Source: Candidatus Thorarchaeota archaeon (GTDB taxonomy: Archaea > Asgardarchaeota > Thorarchaeia > Thorarchaeales > Thorarchaeaceae). From it: DNA of 64,000 nucleotides. Position numbers and translations under genes: made by a program. The notes under the pieces were generated by a model that saw nothing but the letters and a program-made list of their open reading frames with translations, did no database searches and was not told the origin of the DNA. This document shows, one piece after another, positions 58,665-64,000 of the stretch; position 1 is the first letter of the stretch; the number at the start of each line of letters is the position of its first letter. The stretch covers positions 9,714 through 73,713 of the forward strand of contig JACAEL010000071.1 in assembly GCA_013388835.1 (NCBI GenBank), in the 5' to 3' direction.

Positions 58665-60692
58665 ATGCGCGAGAAGCAGCCCGCTGATGAGCCAGAACTT
58701 GAGTCGGCACGCCCGTTGGACCAGCTGCTCTCGGGACTTCGGAGGCTTCCAGCTTCTGTAAGGTCCCGAATGAAGCGACTACGTACTTCAGTAGTGTCGC
58801 ACTCTTCGTGGCATCATCGGGTGAAACGCCTTCTGAGGAACCCCCGGAGTTCGATTGCCGAATCCATATCGAAGATGCGACGCGAGTTGGACTCTTTGTC
58901 GTGGTTTCAGATAGCTGCAGTACTCACGGTGTTCATGCTGTTCCTTGTTCTGCCTCTGCTGAGCGTCTTCTTCATGGCCTTCTACGACACAACCACGGGC
59001 CTGCCTTCACTCGTGAACTTTGTGACTCTGTTCAGGGACACCAACTTCTGGCCTTGGCAGTACGACCCTGAAACCGGTTGGACTAGTTACGTAGACCTGA
59101 CCACAGTCACATCCGGCGGGGATCTAGTCGTTCTTCAGGGGTGGGACTTCGGCGCGGTTCTGAACTCCATCTATGTGGCTGTCATAGTGACTGCCTTCTC
59201 AGTCCTGCTAGGCGTCTTCTTTGCTTTCGTGATTGCAAGGTACGACTTTCCCGGCAAGTCGGTTGTCCGAACACTGTTGATATTCCCAATTCTGGCCACT
59301 CCGTTCATAGGCGCCATTGGCATTGAACGTTTCATGGGTCGTGCAGGCTTCTTCAACAATCTCTTCTATACAACGCTTCAGTGGATTCCCTTTAGATTCG
59401 AACTTAGAGGGCTGGCTGCAATAGTGTTTGTGCAGAGCCTTTCGCTGTTCTCACTGGTATACCTCAATGCGTACTCCTCGTTTGTGGGGATTGACCCGTC
59501 ACTTGAAGAGCAGGCTGAGAACTTGGGCGCCACTGGCTTCACTCTATTCAGGAAGGTGACTCTCCCGTTGGCCATGCCCGGTATCCAGGCCGGTGCGATA
59601 CTGACCTTCATCTTGAGCATTGAAGACCTAGGGACTCCACTAGTGTACTCCGAAGACCAGCAGGCCCAGAAGACCATGGCCTATCAGGTCTATCAGAGCA
59701 TTATCAGCAGGCAGTCCGGTGTCATACCTCCTGCAGGTCCGGCCGTCGGAATGATACTACTTGTCTTTGCCCTTCTTGGTTTCCTCGCCATCCGTCGATA
59801 TGCGTCCCTCCGGTCATACGCCTCGGGTTCCAAAGGCGGCCAGTGGAATCCTCGTACAAGAAGACTGAGCGCCGGGACATCTCTTGTTCTGTATTCGCTC
59901 ATGATTCCGCTTCTCTTTCTCGCCCTAATCCCGAAAATCGCTGTCATCATCCTTTCCTTTGCTCGTACCTGGTCTACAGACTCCGTCCTACCTGACAGCT
60001 GGACGCTGGACAACTATTCTGTGCTGTGGCAGTATGACAATGTTGCAAACTCGATAAACCTCACTCTAATCTACGGTGTGATAGCAACCATCATCATAGT
60101 GTTTCTCGGAGTCAGCGCGGCATACCTCATCGCACGACGCGACATACCATTCAAGACTGGGCTTGACCTATTGGTCACATCGCCGATTGCACTGCCCGGC
60201 ATAGTGATTGCGACAGGTTACTTCACTCTGTTCTACAACACTCCATTGCTCCCTCAGAATCACCCTGCCTTCCTGATAACAATGTCTTATGCAGTAAGGA
60301 AGTTCCCATTCACGGTGAGAGCTGCGTATGCGGGCCTGCAGTCGACTCCCGTGGCGCTGGAAGAGGCCTCCATGAGCGTAGGCGCCAGCAAGCAACAGAC
60401 CTTCACCAAGATTGTGCTGCCGCTGATTGGAGTGAGTGTATTGGCTGGTGCCCTTCTCTCATTTGTCTACTCGGTCAGTGAGGTCAGTACCAGCCTGATT
60501 CTAGGAAGTATCGGTCACGCTGAGGCTCCGATGACCTTCTGGACCAATGAGATTCTGAACGCCACTGGGCAGTATGGTGGTTACTTCAACGCAGCCTGTC
60601 TGGGCGTGCTCATGATGATTCTCCAGATGATTGTCATTACGGTGACAAACAGGATACTTGGAGCTAGGTCTTCTGCAATGACTGGGATATGA
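58665..60692 (+). CDS. ABC transporter permease with two fused transmembrane domains (FbpB-like)
   Basis: Two EAA-like permease halves, about 12 TM helices. Alternative start at the ATG at 58875. Confidence 0.75.
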   Translation: MREKQPADEPELESARPLDQLLSGLRRLPASVRSRMKRLRTSVVSHSSWHHRVKRLLRNPRSSIAESISKMRRELDSLSWFQIAAVLTVFMLFLVLPLLSVFFMAFYDTTTGLPSLVNFVTLFRDTNFWPWQYDPETGWTSYVDLTTVTSGGDLVVLQGWDFGAVLNSIYVAVIVTAFSVLLGVFFAFVIARYDFPGKSVVRTLLIFPILATPFIGAIGIERFMGRAGFFNNLFYTTLQWIPFRFELRGLAAIVFVQSLSLFSLVYLNAYSSFVGIDPSLEEQAENLGATGFTLFRKVTLPLAMPGIQAGAILTFILSIEDLGTPLVYSEDQQAQKTMAYQVYQSIISRQSGVIPPAGPAVGMILLVFALLGFLAIRRYASLRSYASGSKGGQWNPRTRRLSAGTSLVLYSLMIPLLFLALIPKIAVIILSFARTWSTDSVLPDSWTLDNYSVLWQYDNVANSINLTLIYGVIATIIIVFLGVSAAYLIARRDIPFKTGLDLLVTSPIALPGIVIATGYFTLFYNTPLLPQNHPAFLITMSYAVRKFPFTVRAAYAGLQSTPVALEEASMSVGASKQQTFTKIVLPLIGVSVLAGALLSFVYSVSEVSTSLILGSIGHAEAPMTFWTNEILNATGQYGGYFNAACLGVLMMILQMIVITVTNRILGARSSAMTGI

Positions 60693-60693
60693 G

Positions 60694-61863
60694 GTGCTAG
60701 AGATGGTAGAGATTCGCTTGGAGAACTTGAGAAAGACCTTTGGTGAGGTGGTCGCCACTGATGAGGTCAACATGACCCTACATGAGGGAGAGCTCTCGAC
60801 GCTGCTCGGTCCCTCTGGCTGCGGCAAGACCACCCTGCTTCGGATCATTGCAGGGTTCTACTATCCGGACCACGGCAAGGTATACTTTGATGACCGCGAT
60901 GTCACTCTGGTCCCGCCACACAAACGCAACACGGGGATGTGCTTCCAGAACTACGCTTTGTGGCCACACATGTCGGTGTTCGATAACGTGGCCTTTGGAC
61001 TCAAGCTCAAACGTGTCAATGGCATGAAGTACACGCGGGCTGCCATTGAGAAGCGTGTCATGAACGCACTGAGTCTTGTCCGAATGGAGGGGCTTGAGAA
61101 TCGTCACATCCATCAGCTGTCAGGCGGGCAACAGCAGAGAGTAGCACTGGCCAGAGCACTGGTCATCGAACCTGACGTGCTCCTCCTAGACGAGCCCTTG
61201 TCCAATCTCGACGCCAAACTGAGGAACGAGATGCGCGAGGAGATAATCCGTATCCACAGAGAGTTGTCAATCACCACTGTGTATGTTACGCATGACCAGC
61301 ATGAAGCCCTGAGTATCTCCGACAGAGTCGCTGTGATGGACAAGGGATATGTTCAGCAGTTCGGAACGCCCAAGGAGATCTATACGATCCCCCAGACCAT
61401 CTTCGTCGCTGACTTCATCGGACGCTGTACGTTCATCAAGGGCACGATTTCAGGGATTGACGACTATCTGGAGGTCAGGATTTCCAGTGGCTCCGTTCTG
61501 ACTGGCAAGGCGACCATTAACGGCTATCCATTCGAGATGGGCGAGGAGGTCGTGTGTGCGATTCGCCCCGAGGCGCTCAACCTGACTCTCGCGGACCATG
61601 CTGACAATGAGATCACTGGTGTTGTCACACGGACCATCTATGTTGGGGATTCGCTTGAGGCGTACTTTGACGTGGGTGGCACCCCAGCCCAAGCGCTCTT
61701 GAAACCCGAGTCCAAAGTCAAGGTCGGGGACACAATCCGTCTGTATGCACCGCGTCAGGAGGTAATGGTTCTGCCGATGGGTGGTGTGGATGCTCTGAGA
61801 AAGGTCCCAGGCCACCCGCTCTTCACGCCTAGCGGCACCTCTACTGCCTCAAGTAGTGCCTGA
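60694..61863 (+). CDS. ABC transporter ATP-binding protein (FbpC/PotA-type)
   Basis: Walker A GPSGCGKTT, signature LSGGQQQR, Walker B LLLDEP, C-terminal TOBE-like domain. Confidence 0.85.
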   Translation: MLEMVEIRLENLRKTFGEVVATDEVNMTLHEGELSTLLGPSGCGKTTLLRIIAGFYYPDHGKVYFDDRDVTLVPPHKRNTGMCFQNYALWPHMSVFDNVAFGLKLKRVNGMKYTRAAIEKRVMNALSLVRMEGLENRHIHQLSGGQQQRVALARALVIEPDVLLLDEPLSNLDAKLRNEMREEIIRIHRELSITTVYVTHDQHEALSISDRVAVMDKGYVQQFGTPKEIYTIPQTIFVADFIGRCTFIKGTISGIDDYLEVRISSGSVLTGKATINGYPFEMGEEVVCAIRPEALNLTLADHADNEITGVVTRTIYVGDSLEAYFDVGGTPAQALLKPESKVKVGDTIRLYAPRQEVMVLPMGGVDALRKVPGHPLFTPSGTSTASSSA

Positions 61864-63871
61864 TGCTGACCGCCACCCCTCTCCTAAAGGCCCTCATTCC
61901 CCTGCCGCTCAGAAGCGCCTTTCCCACACCGAGCAAAACCCCTCTCGTGTCAGTCACAAGCACCTCCTCGCCGGGCCGAAGCTCCGGATCTGCATAGTGG
62001 ATGAATCTCGCCAAGGCCGACTTGCCCTCCGCAACGAACTCCACGGCGTCGTCCTCGACTGCAACGATGTATCGTCTGTCCAGCCCTGCCTTGAGCATTG
62101 CGCTTCCACCCAGAAAGGTGGGGGTGAGCAGTCCTGTGTTGGGCACAAGTGTGAAGAGAACTCCCTCCTCAGAGTGTATCTGCCTTATCTTCCCGGTGGA
62201 CCTTGAGACACTGATGCGAAAGTTCTCTGGGTGGAGTCTGTTCAGGTCGAGTGACCACTGATATGCAAAGACCGCCTTCAGTAGCCGTGTTTCCCACGGT
62301 GCAGGGTCATGTGTGTGGTCGGGTATCAACGATGCAGCCTCCGAGACACTATCGACAGAGTGGACGTGCGTCTTATCCAACACATCCCTGACAGAGTCTG
62401 TTGGTGTCCTTCTGGAAAGCCAGATTATTCTGTCATACTCTGTTTTGTCGATGAGTCTTCGGACTCTGTGAGCAGCGACACTGATTGTCTCGTGGTCAAT
62501 TGTCTCCGGAAACACTGATTGCTGAGCTGGATGCACCTGCCCCAGTTCCCAGGGGACAACTCCTATCGGTGTCACGAAGTGGAGTAGCACATCTTCTGGT
62601 GCGACTCCGAGGACAAGCTTCAGCACATCCGGAGCGCTTTCATGGAATGGTCTGTCGCCTAGATGGGGCACGAGCACAACCGTCTTGGTCTTCACGTACG
62701 GATACCGTTCAATAATCCTTGAGTGGAATCTCTCGAATACGGGATGCTTTGCCGTTTCACAGCCGGTGTAGAAGACCGACACACCCGTACCGACTGGGTC
62801 TTCTCTCTCAATCTGCTCTCCGTGGTCTAGCAGAACGTGAAGCGCCTCCAGGAGTCTGGGGTGGGCCCGGGCCCTCTTTGAAGCCAGTTCAAGCAGCCGT
62901 CCCTCAGAGATGGCCTGTCGCACCGTGCGCATCTCGGCTGCTGTCACATATAGGTTATGCCGCATGAGAGCAAGGTCCCTCTCTGGCTTCTCCATTGTGC
63001 TCAGTTCTTGGACTGAAGTGCTGGAGCACACGGGGCAGGGACAGGTAAGCTCTCGGAGATCCTTCAAATGCACGCTGCCATCTGGCAGCATCATTCTGCC
63101 ATCCTGAGCGAACTTCGCATATGAGGCCGAGTCGAAGAGGTCGCACCCCAGCAGAGTGGCGAAGGGGAGGAACATCGGATGCCCACAGCCGAACAGATGG
63201 ACTGGTCTGTTGAGCGGAAGGTGCCTCTTCGCAGCCAGTGTTGCTCGCACGACATCTGCGTAGCGGTACTGCTCCATCATCGGAACGACCCCGCCGACAG
63301 GATGGACTTCGAAGTCAAGCTTGGCCATCTCAATTGCGGAGCGTTCTCGGAGGTCCGGAAAGACACCTCCCTGCACTGTGCCGGCGAGCATCATCTCGCC
63401 CTTCTCGTGCACGGACGCTGCTGCTCGTTCGAGTGACACTCGTACGTCTTCCTCAACCTTCTGTCGACCTACGTCCAGTGCAGAGAACACATCGAGTATC
63501 GTGCCTATGTCTGACCCTATCGCCCGTTGGAATCGGACTATCTCGAGGTGGTCAATCTCGTTCTCCGGAAGTGCATGGAAGTACATCTGGAATGTGCCGG
63601 AATCGGTCATTATCGGGCCGTCAAAGTCAAGAAGTGCATGCACCCCCTCGCTCAATGCTCTCTCTCTGAACTCGGCCCTTGACTTGATGATGTAGGAGTT
63701 CGTTATCACCATCTCGAAGCCGTATTGATGTCGAAGTTCCTTAGGAGATATGGCGGTCTTGCCCGGATGGACCACCGGCATGATGAGCGGTGTGGTCACT
63801 GCCCCGTGCCCTGTGGACAGCCTACCCAGTCTGGCCAGGCCATCACACGCTTTCACTTCGAACTGATCCAT
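61841..63871 (-). CDS. tgtA: Archaeosine tRNA-guanine transglycosylase (ArcTGT) with C-terminal extensions
   Basis: N-terminal FEVKACDGLARLGRLSTGHGAVTTPLIMPV and a Zn-site CxCxxC...H pattern (CPCPVCSS). Confidence 0.85.
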   Translation of the reverse strand: MDQFEVKACDGLARLGRLSTGHGAVTTPLIMPVVHPGKTAISPKELRHQYGFEMVITNSYIIKSRAEFRERALSEGVHALLDFDGPIMTDSGTFQMYFHALPENEIDHLEIVRFQRAIGSDIGTILDVFSALDVGRQKVEEDVRVSLERAAASVHEKGEMMLAGTVQGGVFPDLRERSAIEMAKLDFEVHPVGGVVPMMEQYRYADVVRATLAAKRHLPLNRPVHLFGCGHPMFLPFATLLGCDLFDSASYAKFAQDGRMMLPDGSVHLKDLRELTCPCPVCSSTSVQELSTMEKPERDLALMRHNLYVTAAEMRTVRQAISEGRLLELASKRARAHPRLLEALHVLLDHGEQIEREDPVGTGVSVFYTGCETAKHPVFERFHSRIIERYPYVKTKTVVLVPHLGDRPFHESAPDVLKLVLGVAPEDVLLHFVTPIGVVPWELGQVHPAQQSVFPETIDHETISVAAHRVRRLIDKTEYDRIIWLSRRTPTDSVRDVLDKTHVHSVDSVSEAASLIPDHTHDPAPWETRLLKAVFAYQWSLDLNRLHPENFRISVSRSTGKIRQIHSEEGVLFTLVPNTGLLTPTFLGGSAMLKAGLDRRYIVAVEDDAVEFVAEGKSALARFIHYADPELRPGEEVLVTDTRGVLLGVGKALLSGRGMRAFRRGVAVSIRHYLRQ

Positions 63872-64000
63872 GCGCTATCGCGATGACTCACTTCGAACTC
63901 TTTAAGACAGTATGCGTCCGCCTGCGCCCGTGGATGACACAAGAGCTCTCCTTGTTCAGCGACGACGCAGGTCTGAGCCTGACCTTCTGGACGAATTCCA

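Noticed and set aside
1-64000. CRISPR arrays, IS elements, integrases, prophage genes
   Set aside because: No direct-repeat/spacer periodicity was seen. The only tandem repeats are the in-frame 21-bp repeats in the GTPase tail. No transposase or integrase-like ORFs were recognised.

Overview
This is a 64 kb archaeal chromosomal window of roughly mid-50s %GC, densely coded on both strands. No CRISPR array, transposase or integrase was recognised.

**Housekeeping genes that indicate an archaeon**
- Elongation factor aEF-2 with an HRG diphthamide site.
- Archaeosine tRNA-guanine transglycosylase.
- An RtcB RNA ligase.
- The N-terminus of an archaeal-type CCA-adding enzyme.
- Isoleucyl-tRNA synthetase.
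- An intron-containing tRNA-Gln(CUG) with the archaeal A1:U72 pair.
- The archaeal-type coenzyme A route: a CoaBC gene followed by a pantoate kinase / phosphopantothenate synthetase / ketopantoate reductase operon.

**Other recognisable content**
- Isoprenoid-lipid genes: a GGPP synthase and a radical-SAM protein that resembles the tetraether lipid synthase Tes.
- Two ABC systems: a MacB/FtsX-like exporter with a ribbon-helix-helix regulator, and an Fe(III)-type importer made of a substrate-binding protein, a two-domain permease and an ATPase.
- Metabolic and peptidase genes: M42 and M20 peptidases, myo-inositol-1-phosphate synthase, thymidylate kinase, a PhzF-family protein, a class-V aminotransferase, two MBL-fold hydrolases, a NUDIX hydrolase, a creatininase-family protein, and a SAM-dependent methyltransferase.
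- Several secreted or membrane-anchored N-glycosylation-rich surface proteins, one carrying a PHP domain.

**Most notable observations**
1. A selenophosphate synthetase (selD) contains an in-frame UGA at the conserved Cys/Sec active-site position. The ORF caller truncated it. This implies the organism decodes selenocysteine.
2. Four Ras-superfamily small GTPases lie within 30 kb:
   - one Rab/Ras-like;
   - one fused to an N-terminal domain of unknown function plus a long acidic tail built from tandem 7-residue repeats;
   - two MglA-like.
   One of the MglA-like GTPases sits in an apparent operon with a TPR protein, a roughly 1,290-aa type-I membrane protein, and a Roadblock/LC7 (MglB-like) protein. 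This looks like a candidate undescribed GTPase-coupled transmembrane signalling or polarity module.

Taken together, Sec usage plus a eukaryote-like small-GTPase/Roadblock complement suggests an Asgard-type archaeon. That assignment is inference only.
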